This document shows positions 25,368-37,563 of a stretch of 64,000 bases of DNA, in pieces. The notes under the pieces are model-generated. The model was given only the letters and a program-made list of their open reading frames with translations. It did no database searches and was not told where the DNA came from. Each line of letters opens with the position of its first letter. Position 1 is the first letter of the stretch. The DNA comes from Azolla caroliniana. Lineage: Eukaryota; Plantae; Polypodiophyta. The position numbers and the translations under genes were made by a program. The stretch covers positions 12,772,001-12,836,000 of the forward strand of contig JBHGNT010000013.1 of the NCBI GenBank assembly GCA_043228905.1, written 5' to 3'.

Positions 25368-27396
25368 AGAGGACTGCCAAGGCGTGGGGCCGCGACAGTC
25401 CGGACACCCCGGGAAAACCCCACACCTGTACGATAAAACCGAAGAAACCTTGTACCATAGGTAGGGAATTTTTGTTCTCCGACAGCGGAGCGTGCACGAC
25501 AGTCGGCATCGGCGGCCGAGAGAAGAGAAAGGCGGAGGGGAGACTTCGAGCGTGCGGAGTTCTCGGCCCTGACGAAGAGAATCGACGAAGGTGACTGGGT
25601 GCTCGTCTACGACAGCAGCCTCGACAACCAGCACCGAGCAACGCGGAAGTTCGCACAGAGATGGTTCGGGCCGTACACGGTACAGAGCGCCAACGACAAC
25701 GGGACGTATCATCTGGCGGAACTCGACGGTACGAGAATAGCGATACCCGTGGCCGGGAAGAGGATCAAAGCTTTCAAGAAGCGGCACGACGACGAACCCG
25801 ACCCGATTCTCCTGGACAGCAGCGACGACCGATCCGAGGCCGAGAAAGGGCCGGCAGGCGAAGAGTAAAGGCGGGCCGGTTTTCTCCGTGCCAACTTAAT
25901 TTGGCGCATGCCGGTGGATGCGCGGTTAGGTGGGGGCGGATGTCGTGAAGAAAACCGCCCACAAGAGGAATCGGAGGAACAAGGCGTGGGAAACGGCTCT
26001 GCACACACGCGCGCCAAGAAGTACATACGAGGATCCTAGGTGGGTAGATTCGGGGGTATGCAGTTAATGCCAAACGGCCTCTTGACGGGCTATAAAAGGA
26101 AGAGGAAGAATAGAAGTGGGGATCTCGCGCGGAGAGGACGAAGTGCTGCCGGACCGTTTCTGGGCGTTTCTCTCTCTCTCTCTCTGTGTTTCCTTCCTTC
26201 TCGAGCTCCATAGCTTCTGTGCAGGGTTCTGAGGAGGCTCGCGCTGTTTCGAGGAACGCCCGAGTGCTTCCGGCAGCACCTCCGACCTGCTACCCCGTTT
26301 GTGTTTCGAAGCGAACAGGCATCGGCATCTGTTCGCCGGCCTGTTCGGTTGTAAACAACCTGTGCCCCATCGAGGGTTGTAGTCGTGTTAGCCATTTTTG
26401 TTAATACACTTATTTAGTCATTCGCATCTGTCTGTGTCGGTGTCTGTTCGCGTTCTCCGTGCTGAAGGGCCGTGTCCCTGCGTATCCCCGGTCCTGCGTA
26501 GCCGGTTCTCTCTCTTTCTCCTCCCTTGCTTGCTCTTTGGTTCGAGACCCCCGCGGTCCCGCCTCATTTTCACACGCACTTGCGTAATTATCTCGACAAC
26601 GTTGAGCATGAGCTCCACGGATCATCCTCAATCCGATGGACAGACAGAACGAGTAAATCAAATTATTGAGGACATGCTTCGAGCATACGTTGGTGCAAAA
26701 CCAACAAAATGGGAACGTTATCTCCCAATTTTGGAGTTTGCTTATAATAGCTCCAAGCATACATCGACGGGATATAGTCCTTTTATGTTGATGTATGGTT
26801 TTCAGCCACGAGCCCCGATTGATGTTAATATACATCATGATGAATTGCAAAGTACACAAAACTTTCTTCGGGATATGCAAGATATGTTGCATATTGCACG
26901 AGATAATATAAAAACAGCTCAAGATAGAGCGTGTTTTTATGCCGACCATCATAGGCAACCTCGTGTATTTAACCCTAGACAGAAGGTATTTTTACGTGTA
27001 CCTCACAATTCTAAGACATTGTCTACGGGTAAGTGCGCTAAGTTAGCCCCACGGTTTTGTGGACCTTTTACAGTCCTCAAACGCATTGGGTCATCAGCCT
27101 ATCATCCAGTCTTCCATGTGAGTCATCTAAAAGAACTTCTAGGTTCTGGCGACAACAGAGTTACAACTAAAACTCTAGTTACTTCTGAAGATTTATCTTC
27201 GAAACCACATGTACCAGAACAAATTCTCGATGTTAAAACAAAAAAGTTACATACTAAAAAAATCCGAGAATTTAAAATTAAATGGATGGACAAATCTATC
27301 AAAGATGCCACATGGGAATGCGAGAATACTCTAAGAATAAACTTCCCTAACTTTCCATTGCAAGAGTGCAATGTTTTAAAGAAGGGGCGGGGCGTA

Positions 27397-27851
27397 TGTT
27401 ACGGGCATGACCATTTAATATCCCGTGGTCAGAATTTACCGTAGTATTCTATACACGTGAATAAGTGTGAGGGTTAAACGAGAGTGTAAAGAAGGGGAGG
27501 ATTACTTTTAATCCTCGGGATTGAGACAACCCATTAGGTCAAGTGTGAACTTGCCTGGGGGCCTTGGGTATCGCTATAAATAAGAGGCCTAGCTACCCTC
27601 ATTTGATCATCTTTTGACTACATCGAGACTCTGCTCTTGTGGTGGGTCAACTCTTGTAGCGAGCGCGCCAACACCAGGTATGACTCGACGCCACAGCGGT
27701 GGTATGGGACGCCGATCGAGGCTCGAGTCCGTCTCGATCCCTTCGCTCGGGGGTGGTCGGGTGGATCGGCACCCTTCTTTCTCTTTCTCCTTTCTATCTA
27801 TCATTAGTTTATCCTTATCTTAAGCTTACTTTAGCACCTAGATCTCTAAGA
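27397..27851 (+). repeat. 3' LTR of element A
   Basis: Direct repeat of the 5' LTR, preceded by the PPT and followed by TSD CCTGA. Confidence 0.95.
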
Positions 27852-28576
27852 CCTGACACACATGCTCTTTGAGTGTCTCAAATTATTTGTCAAGTTGTTC
27901 ATTCCATGCAATTGGTTTGACAAACTTATGTGGATGACCTTTTAAAAGGTCAGCTAATGGCATAGTCAATTTGGAATAATTATGAATCGATTTTCGTAAA
28001 AAACCAACAAACCCTAAGAATGATCGCAGTTCACGAATATTACAAGGAATGTGCCAAAGTTTAACCTTTTCAATACGAGAAGGTTCAATTTCAACGCCAT
28101 TTTCCGTAATTAAATGACCTAGGTACACAATAGATTTTTGGAAAAAATCACATTTTGAATGTTTTGCATAGAAAGAGTTTTCACGCAACTTTTGCAAAAC
28201 AAATCGAACATGTTGAGCATGATCTTGCAAGGTACAACTATATATCAAAATATCATCCAAGAAGACGACAACAAAATCACTGAGTTGATCTCCGAAAAGG
28301 TCATTCATCGCTTGTTGGAATGTGGCTGGAGCATTAGTCAACTCAAAAGGCATGACTAAAAACTCATAATGGCCATAACGCGTACGAAAAGCGGCTTTAG
28401 GAATATCATCCTTGACAATGCGAATCTGATGATAACTTGTTCGTAAGTCAATTTTCGTAAAATATCGGGCCCCATGCAAACAATCAATCAAATCATCGGC
28501 ACGAGGTAACCAATATGCATTTTTAATTATCATTTTATTGAAACGACGATAATAGATACACATTCCCCATTTTATT

Positions 28577-31407
28577 GAAATGAGTCTTTGCATGAGGCTA
28601 CATTTAGAGCCCATAAACATGTATAAATACAGTGGTTCACCTTGGCCTTAGTCAAGGTGCACAAACTGTCATAGACAAGTAGATGAGGCTACCATCTTAT
28701 CCCAACCCGATGATGATGGCATCCTACATCCGGTAACGTACTACTCCCAAAAATTCACAACTCCAGAAATCAACTATCTCATCTACAACAAGGAGCTCGC
28801 GGCTATAGTGGCAGCTTTCATGGAGTGGAGACCTTACTTGGCTGGGGCGCAACATCGGGTTCAGGTATTAACAGATCATAAAAATTTATTGTATTTCTCA
28901 ACAACCCGTACTTTGAATCGACGACAGGCCCAGTGGTCAACTTTCTTAGCCGACTATGACTTTGAAATTGTCTTTCGGTCGAGAGCACAAAACATGAAGG
29001 GTGATGCTCTTTCACGACGGTCGGATTTTGAGTTGAGCCCAAGGGATGATACTTATGCTCAACAATCTCAATGTTTGCTTAAACCAGATCAATTCCAGCT
29101 CTTCGCCACATGCATGCTCCATGACGACTCTTTGCTTGAGGAGATAGCCAAAGCACTTCCCACCGACAAATTCACCAACGCAATTCAGGAAGGTCTTATT
29201 GATCCATCTAAATCCAAGACCAAGGAAGACCTTGACCGCTTCAGATTCGAGGGGGGATTGCTTTACCGAGAGAAACTCTTATATATTCCAGAGGGCCGAT
29301 GTCGAACTCAAGTTCTCCAAAAGTGTCATGATGACCCCTTGGTTGGTCATTTTGGCGTTAAAAAGACACTCAAATTGAAAAGAATGGCATGCGGAAGCAA
29401 TATAGGAAACCGAACAACAGAAAATGCGGGTTTAATGGAAAGCTTAGGTTTGCACAATACGCACGGGAGAGACAGAGAGAGTAAAAACCCATAACTGTAT
29501 TCGAAATAATACTCAATCTATACATAGGATGTGCTCAGTGAGCACCTTTATACAAGCCCTGACAATCGGGCTGACACAAGTACTGAGGGTACTTGACTGC
29601 TCATAAATGAGCCTTGACACTAACTCCCAAATATATTCCTTGCGGAATATCTTTTTGATGGCCTCCCAGTTTCTGCACCAATCCGGCCTTCCTACGCACC
29701 AGTTTCCAACCGATCCAACCTAACCGATCGGTCCCAACCGATCCGGCCGATGTTGAGCTTGTCTCTCAACACAAATTAATCTCATGAGGATATTGGTGGC
29801 CTCAACCATGGAAGTTCATCAAGGAATTCATCAAGACATGTGATACTTGTGCTAGATCCAAAGTCGTCCACCGTAGGCCATATGGGTTACTCCAACCACT
29901 TCCCATTCCCAACCGGCCTTGGGCATCAATTTCCATGGATTTCATCACTGACTTGCCTCTTGTCCATGGATATGACACAGTGCTCGTCATGGTAGATCGG
30001 TTTACAAAGATGGCTCATTTTGCCCCTTGTGCAAAGACTATTTTAGTAGAAGCAACAACCGATCTATTTTTAAAGAATGTGGTGCGGCTTCATGGGGTCT
30101 TGGATGATGTCACCTCAGATTGCAGACCCCAATTTGTCTCTCATTTTTGGCGGCGGCTCCTTCAAACATTGGGCACAACAGTGAACTTGTCTTCGTCCTA
30201 TCATCCTCAAACCGATGGCCAAACGGAGCGGGTGAACCAAATTCTTGAGAAATACCTTCGATGCTCACTTAGCTACCAGCAAGATGATTGGGTTGACCTC
30301 CTACCTTTAGCAGAGTTCACATATAATAGTATGCTACATGGTTCAACTGGGGTCACCCCATTTTTCGCCAACTATGGTTTCCATCATCGCTTCAGTATTT
30401 CCATCCCTGGCAACTTTGTCAACTTGTCAGTGGAAGGACGTGCTCATATTTTAGCCAACATTCATCAAGACCTCCCTCAAACTCATCCTTGCAAGGGATC
30501 CGTATAAAACGCAAGCTGATCGACATCGTTCCGCTACACCCACCTTTGCAGTTGGTGATCAAGTTTGGCTCTTACGTCACCATGTCGATACTACTCGACC
30601 TTGCGGAAAGTTGGATTACAAGAAGTTGGGGCCTTTCTGCATCATTGAGTGTGTCAATCCCATCACTTTCCGACTGGAACTTCCTCCACATTTCCGAATT
30701 CATAATGTCTTCCATGCCTATCTTCTCGAACCCTATCATCCATCCACTATTCCTGGAAGACACTCTCCACCTCCACCTCCAATTGAGCTTTCCATAGGTG
30801 AGGAGTATGAGGTGGACAAGATTTTGGACTCTCGTTGGCATTGACGACAACTTCAATACTTAGTCCTATGGAAAGGGTATCCCATTTCAGAGGCAACATG
30901 GGAACCAACCCAACACTTGGAGAATGCACCAGATGTTGTTCATGCATTTCATCACCAATATCCACAAAAACCAGGGAGGCATCTTCGGAGGCGGCCTTAG
31001 CAAGGGGATAATGTCATGGACATGACAATAGTCGTGTCATGATTCGAACTCTTGACCTATTGTATTTAATCGATATGTTTTAACCAATACATCCAATACA
31101 TACTCATGTTACATTACTAGATTATTGTACATTATCTATTCTACATGTAGGATTTTAGAAGCTTCCAGAAAGCTCCAGAAGCTAGAACATTCTAGAAGCT
31201 TGTGCATGAAAATGAGTCTTTGCATGAGGTTACATTTAGAGCCCATAAACATGTATAAATACAGGGGTTCACCTTGGCCTTAGTCAAGGTGAATAACACC
31301 AGTTATGGAATCATAATTCAGTTCTTGTTCTCTTGACTACTTTCTCTCTCTCTTTCTTATTATCTTGTCTATGATCTCTCTCTCCCACTCTCTACTTGTC
31401 CGTGACA
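28577..31407 (+). mobile_element. Element D: deleted Tcn1-like chromovirus (LTR fragment, RNase H-integrase-chromodomain, 3' LTR)
   Basis: 28577-28659 matches 31207-31290 of the 3' LTR (31012-31407, TGTCA...TGACA, after PPT aaggggata). RNase H (DHKNL), integrase (MDFITDLP, HPQTDGQTER) and chromodomain EYEVDKILDSR...WKGY...TWEP, with stops. Confidence 0.88.
29376..29771 (-). mobile_element. Element E: solo LTR inserted in the integrase of element D
   Basis: TG...CA termini and 5-bp TSD CAAAT (29371-29375, 29772-29776). Removal restores KTLKLIS*GYWWP. Orientation inferred from a minus-strand TATA-like tgtataaa. Confidence 0.88.
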
Positions 31408-32409
31408 ATATGGTAACAATGAACAAGTAGATTGAGATGATAATGGCAATAATAATCATGATGACGATGAAGTCAACACAATTTCACCATAAATAAATCT
31501 TAAAGTTTCCATTTGAAACGATAAACTATAAATATTAAAGCCTAAAAACAGTTCTAAAATAACCTACACCATAAGTGTATCGATGAATGATATGACATTT
31601 CTTAGAAGGTCAAAGGCATTTGCATAACAAGTTTGATTTGAAATATTGACAGGTAATAACTTCTAAGACACATGCCTCGTTTGCAATGTTAGTTACTTTA
31701 AGATGAACCTTATTCTTATAAAATTTGTATGCATTGCTGTGAAAGTGCTCCCATCATTTCAACACGTTTAATACACATGTTTGAGTACTCTTGACATGAG
31801 GGTGAGATATTTCCTCATATAAAAAAGGCATGCGCTCCTAGCCCAACAATGTATTAACATCATAATGTCGTGTGTAAAACACCTCATAAAAGAAAGAGCA
31901 AGGAATCCATTTTACACCTATTTTATCGAGTAACTTTCATGCGACTCTTAGGGTCTTTCGAATATATTAATGAAGTGTGTCCATAGTGGTCTAATTCCAG
32001 ATCTTATCGTATTGAAAAGTATGTTTCTCAAATATTTCGTTTATTGTCTACATCCATCCCTGCTAATATAGTTTGGGCGAAAAACAAATACAATCAAGAA
32101 AGCATTTGCTTGTGTGTGTGTGTGTGTGAGTGTGTTTGTGACTGAGACAATCAAAAGAGACATATAAAAGACAGAGACGAAGCTTCCTAGTTCATTTGGA
32201 CTTTGGGGGCATCTTGTCCTCCCCCCTCCCCCCTCCCCCCGCCCCAAAAGAAAGAAAGAAAGAAAGAAAAGATAAGAAAAGACAAAGGACTTGCCTTTAT
32301 CTCATTTGCTCTCGTAACAACACCTAACTACCTAATCTAAGAGGGGTTGTGTTGCGAGCATATCTTCACTACGGGAGTGTCAATGGTCATGTATGGCTAT
32401 GCTTGTCTG

Positions 32410-33160
32410 AATATATATACACATACATACATAAATACATTGCATCCGTACAATTCATATACATATGTACATACATTACCTACGGACCTACATAATTACA
32501 TTACATTACATACATAATAGACATCCATCCATACATTACATACATTACAACCATCCATACATTACATACATACATACATTACATAACATTATATAACACT
32601 ACATATAGACATCCATCCATCCATACACTACATTACATTACATATACCCATACATACATTACATAACATTACATAACACTACACATAACACTACATATAG
32701 ACATCCATCCATCCATACACTACATTACATTATACATACATACATTACATTACATTACATTACATATACCCATACATACATTACATTACATTACACGTTC
32801 TTTCGTGTTTCCTTCCTCGGCTTCGTGTGTTTGTGTGTGTGTGTGTGTGTTGTGTGGGCGTGCAAAAAGGTTTACGTGTGAGCAACGCGTAGAAAAAGAA
32901 AAAGAAAAAGAAACACACACACACACACACACTAAAACGGAAAAGCAAAATAAATGGAAATACATATACATACATACATACATACATACATACATACATG
33001 AAGAAGAAGAAGAAACAGGGGCCACTGCTTTCGCAACACAAAAGCAAAACAGAGACAGAGAGACAGAGATACAGCGAGAGAGAGAGATAAACAGAAGAAG
33101 AAGAAGAAGAGACGACAAACAGAAGAATAGATAGAGTGTGTGTGTGTGTGACAAGGAAGG
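32410..33160. repeat. Compound microsatellite/low-complexity tract (TACAT, TACA, CCAT, TG, GA, GAA)
   Basis: Directly visible runs upstream of the small membrane-protein gene. Confidence 0.9.
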
Positions 33161-33230
33161 AAGGAGACAGCAGAAGACAGGAAGAAAGACACGAAACAGA
33201 AGGTTGAGGGAAAGATCAGGCTCCAGAGCG

Positions 33231-33509
33231 ATGATATACTACCACGGTGTATGGATCTCCATACCTTTCTTGCTGCTTGTCATCGCCTTCTTCTTCTTCC
33301 TGTGGCTGCTTGTTCGGAGGAGGCGTAGGCAACAACAGACTGTATACTACCCTAACCCTGACCCCAATCTTATCCCTAACCCTAATTACCCTTATCCATA
33401 TCAGTATCCTCAGCAAAATTACCCTCCTACTCCTCCTCCTCCTGCCCCCCCTGCCCAGGGTGTTCCTTACCCTGCCCCCCCTGTTGCATACCCCCCTAGC
33501 AAGGTCTGA
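33231..33509 (+). CDS. Small single-pass membrane protein with Pro/Tyr/Gln-rich cytoplasmic tail (92 aa)
   Basis: ATG in good context (gcgATGa). Hydrophobic helix VWISIPFLLLVIAFFFFLWLLV, then RRRRR stop-transfer, then a YP/PP-rich tail. GA-rich leader and T-rich trailer are typical of plant genes. Confidence 0.72.
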   Translation: MIYYHGVWISIPFLLLVIAFFFFLWLLVRRRRRQQQTVYYPNPDPNLIPNPNYPYPYQYPQQNYPPTPPPPAPPAQGVPYPAPPVAYPPSKV

Positions 33510-33747
33510 TTTTCTACCTTCTCACCCTCACATGTACTTATGTACGTAAGAAACCCGATAATACTCCCTATGAAGATCCGATCTCTCTAGGCGTTTAGTT
33601 TTTCATTAATTCTACTTAATGCAACCTTTTTACTCCTTTTGCTTAATCCTTAAAGCTGTGAGAATTGTACATGGCCTTTCAGTGATACATTATATATATA
33701 TATAATATCTCTTTCTTCTCTTTCTCTCATAAATGTTCCACGGGTTT

Positions 33748-33786
<39 letters not shown>

Positions 33787-35624
33787 TTTGGTTGTGTCGT
33801 GTCTCCGGAAATTCATGGTCTATTATTAGTTTAATGAAATTAAAATGGTACTCTTTGATTAAAGTAGCTGTATCTTTGTTGTTGCATCTTGTGTATGGAT
33901 CATGCCTGGCTCGATTCATTTGGGCTGTTTTGTGCATGGAATGGTTCAATTGATCTTGGTTGTTTTACTTTGTATGTGTAAATATGGCGTCTTCTATATT
34001 TTGTTTCCATTAATTTGTTCTTGTTTTATACTTCAGTTCAATTAGTTAAAATGACATGATTTATTCTACATTGTAGCCATGATAGCAATTTGCAGAACTT
34101 GATTTTGAGATTTTGAATGTTTTTGACTTGTAAAGCACAGCCCCACGTTGTTTGTCATAAGAGCACACACCTTCATTGGTGATGCTTGGATGTATTTTGT
34201 CGAAATCTTGAGAAGTAGATACGAAGCTGTGGAAGATGTGTATTTGTTGGAGTTTTGAGAAGTATGTTTTCTGGATTTTTGAGAACTAAAAAGGGTGCTA
34301 GGGAGGATGATACTTGTGATTTTGAGAATGAAATGTGATGGATATATTTGTCAGAGTCTTTTGAGTAGTAGTTGGATGGTGGGGGAAGGATGTATTGGCA
34401 GGAGATTGATAAGTAAATGTGATGTATTTTGTTTGTTTTGTTCCGATTTAAGTACCCTTGCTTTAAATGGTTTCTGTAAATCATCATTGTCCTTGTGTTT
34501 AGTTTGATGATGGGGGAAGGATGTACATATTGGCAGGACATTAAGACGTAATTGTGATGGCGATAATGTATTTATTTTTTGTTCTGATTAAGTATATCCT
34601 CGTTTTAAATGGTCCTTGTAAACCATCACTGCCCTTGTGTTTAGTTACCATGATTAGTTTGGAACCCTGCCACTGATAAGCCACAGGAAGGTAGGAGATT
34701 CCTTTACTGACTATTCCTTTTTATCTGTCGTTTGCATTTCATGTAATACAAAGGTCCTTATCTATCATTGCTTTTTCATGCATAATACTGTCCTTTCTCT
34801 CGATTTGTGCTCTTTTGCTTTGCTACCCTTGAGTAGCATAGCAAATATATTGATCATCTCATCACTCATTCAAATTATAGTCTGCACATCCAGTAGATAA
34901 TCCTTCCTATTAACTACAAATCTCAATATTTGTATCAGATTGGAGAGAGACATTGCAATGGCTTCTATCTAGAGTTTAGTAAATCATCTACAAGACAACA
35001 TCGCAACAAAAAGGAAACTTGTTTGATGTTAAGAATGAGCTAACACAATTATCCTTTCTACAAATGACAATTTTTTTCTTAATGACAGCTTTGCAAGAGT
35101 AGCTCACAAGATTGGCACTCATCCCACTTCAAAGAAACAATATTTTAGAGAAGGTCATTAGCCTTATAATCTTATGGTTGAGATCCAACCCTAATTTGAA
35201 GTCAAATCTAAGTAAAGCATGGAGTACAGTGGCATGCATACTTTTACCAAGTACATAGAATATCACTTTAAGACCAGATCTCCTAAAAGTATACAACGTT
35301 TATGTTGAAGGCTTTATCTGATGGTAAAATCCACAAAAAATGGCTTCTAGTCTAACAGCCAAGTAGAATTGAGGCTTTGTGACAATGGTAGATCTCTATG
35401 TATCCAATGGATGGATAAGCTTAAGCCATTCAATGATAAGACCCACAAATGGTTACTATTGTAACAGCCAAGCAGAATTGTGGTGTTGCAGTTTGTGATA
35501 ATGGTAAATGCCCTCTCCATAGGAACAGCCTTTACCATAGCAAGAGATCATAGGTAAATGCACCCAAAAACTTGCGTTTCATTACATTGTTAGATTAAAC
35601 ACTTCACGTGGAAATGCACAAGAA

Positions 35625-37563
35625 TCATTTAGAATATCTAATTGATTTCACGTTGGTGGATATAAGAGGACAAAGACCATCGGCTTGTTGTTGAGTTCGA
35701 CCACCCTTTGCACACTGTGGACACCTTCTTCCATGGGTCACAAAAAGGCAATGCAGATCGAATTTGAGGTCATTGGGTATGCAATCATTGAGATGAAGGT
35801 AGGCTTTCTCTCTATCGGCATTTGCTGGTACCCACCCAAGCATCTTTGTGATCCGGAAAACCTACGTATAATATTGCATAAGTTGCATAACATAAGGTAA
35901 AACTATAACATCTGTAATTCTCGTGAGAACTTACATGAGTATCAACAGGAAACTCATCTTTCTGTAGATGAAACATCAATACACACGCAGCCTGATGTTT
36001 GGGAAAAACGAACATTACCCATAAGTTTATTGTGTTCATCAATTTGCATCTTAAAAATTTGAAATGACTCGTAATGTAGAAACTGGGCAATGTGCTATAT
36101 TTTCAAGTAAATAATTCATGCATTACCGTCTTGGGTCCAACACCCTTGAACCGAGAGAGCTCAAGCTTTATTCTGGATGTTGTCATGCTCCGGACATATT
36201 CCAGGCAAAGCTTCCCTTGTTCTCGCTGAAGCATGCTCAAAATGTTCAAAATCCGTGATGCTTTTCTTCCAGCCAAACCTCCACATCGGATGGTATCCTC
36301 AACTTCCTTTGGATCGGCTTTATAGACCTGGACCAAAATACAAATAAACTATACAAATTTACAGAGGAGAGATACAACTATATAACTCAGGAGAGGGTTT
36401 CGGCATTTCCGGCATAGGAAAAAACCCATTCCTCCTCATGTTTTGTTTACAGTGTTCCCAATTATGAACTTCTACAGGAGGCTCCAATGCATCCCTACCT
36501 CCCCATAGTCAACATGTACATGATGATCATGCGATTCTCTACATTGTTCAAAAGAATGATGAGATTCCCTACAATTTTCAATAGATTTCCTACAATGTGC
36601 AACGTGATGCATTCCCTGCAATTTTCAGCTGATTTCCTCCAATGTTCCGCATTATCAGGTTCCTTATAATGCCCTACAATCTTCGACTTTACTAAGTTTC
36701 CCCAGACCAAGGTTTAACGTTAATCCCACATTCATTCAGGATTTGAACCTAATAATATGAGCTTCCACAGGAAAGGCAGAGCATGCTAGTATAAAACATT
36801 TATTAAGATTTCTTGTATGTACATACACACATACACATACTTGACATCTGTAAATATTACATATTTATGTGACATACATACATACATACATACATACATT
36901 AGTAATAAACGTTACCTCCTCCCAAGTAGGAAACCTGTGTTTCAACTGAGCAAAGGCTCTTCTCGAATTCCCTTCTGTAGTGCTTTGTGAAAGAATAGTG
37001 GCAACGAGTGAATCGAGAACACTTTGCGGACTAATCCTGTTCTCCCGTTGTCGATGATCAACGACCTCTTCCGTATTGACATCCGCACAATCCTCCACTT
37101 CAATCTTAGGCTTCTTTTCCTGATGTTGGATTTCAATTTCTTCCGAATTTGCAAGCCGATTAGTAATCCGGGAATTATCGTTATTAAATCTTGCGTTCCT
37201 GTGTTTCGCATAGTCTTCGAGGGGTCCATGGAGGTGCGACAGCTTCTTACATACATCAATGCAATCATATGGGGAGGGCCTTGTAAAGGAAGGGAAAGGG
37301 CCTCGATAAGTTCGTCTTCCGTCGGCGCACTTCTTCGGATCTGTGTATGTGCGAGCTGATGGGGATACATCAGCATCATCATGGTCATGGTTATGGTCAT
37401 GGTCATCTATGGGCTCTGTTTTGCTTGCAATGGGCAAGACTGCTCTGTTTCTGATGATGCGAGATGATGATGAGGGTGAGATCTTATTACGTTCAAGTGG
37501 GACTTTGGATGCTTCACCCTGTTCAAAGAGGAGCTTACGTTTGCTCAGAGAAGGGGATCTCAT
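35625..37563 (-). CDS. HhH-GPD superfamily DNA glycosylase (At3g47830-like); 4 exons: 37563-36916, 36327-36127, 35991-35935, 35861-35625; ~380 aa
   Basis: GT-AG introns keep the frame. Motifs VLDSLVATILSQ, IRCGGLA..KA, HhH LSRFKGVGPKTAACV, FPVDTHVFR and HGRRCPQC. Confidence 0.92.

Larger units (their letters stand above)
22539..26598 (+). mobile_element. Element C: young, internally deleted (gag-protease only) GC-rich Ty3/gypsy element inserted in the integrase of A
   Basis: 658-bp LTRs 22539-23196 and 25941-26598 (TGTCG...CGACA) appear identical. 4-bp TSD ACGT (22535-22538, 26599-26602). tRNA-Trp PBS and PPT ggttaggtgggggcgga. RT, RNase H and the integrase core are absent; only the integrase C-terminal tail remains (~25585-25868). 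Confidence 0.96.
18941..27444 (+). pseudogene. gag-pol of element A (premature stops, split by element C)
   Basis: Gag CCHC (CVFCKKKGHTKDQC), protease LFDSGSSHNF, RT FLDD, RNase H, integrase (HPQSDGQTER) and chromodomain-like end (FKIKW...ATWE). Stops at 20054, 21278, 21614 and 22076. Gag and RT are in the same frame. Confidence 0.92.
16792..27851 (+). mobile_element. Element A: full-length but decayed Ty3/gypsy chromovirus (contains element C)
   Basis: LTRs 16792-17250 and 27397-27851 differ at few positions. 5-bp TSD CCTGA (16787-16791, 27852-27856). PBS at 17253, PPT aaagaaggggcggggcg before 27397. Domain order gag-PR-RT-RH-INT-chromo. Confidence 0.96.
13888..28575 (-). mobile_element. 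Element B: degenerate, 5'-truncated Ty3/gypsy chromovirus, interrupted by element A
   Basis: Minus-strand RT (28570-27883; [20 protein letters not shown]), RNase H and integrase remnants (16791-14910) with stops and frameshifts. PPT aaagtaggggagta, then 3' LTR 14240-13888 (TGTTA...TAACA). The reading frame (HVCQ|APTLLLPDPS) rejoins across the A insertion. Confidence 0.9.

Noticed and set aside
24400-25787. Long antisense/overlapping ORFs in element C (e.g. 310 aa), and similar ones in H
   Set aside because: Expected in GC-rich coding DNA; no recognisable motifs.
26398-26598. N-terminus of the 348-aa ORF 26398-27444 as a novel integrase fusion
   Set aside because: Chance read-through from the C LTR into the interrupted integrase of A.
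16792-26598. Hammerhead ribozyme (retrozyme) in LTRs
   Set aside because: No CUGAUGA...GAAA core with flanking stems was seen by eye in the LTRs. An Infernal search would be needed to exclude it fully.
32781-33192. ORFs of 86-122 aa in the microsatellite tract (also 11521-11730 and 37343-38166)
   Set aside because: Translations of simple repeats (YVCM, HTHT, LSLS).
34370-34650. ~135-bp local duplication (also a 68-bp one at 38105-38228 and short ones in ALMT intron 1)
   Set aside because: Ordinary diverged two-copy duplications with no structural or coding signal.
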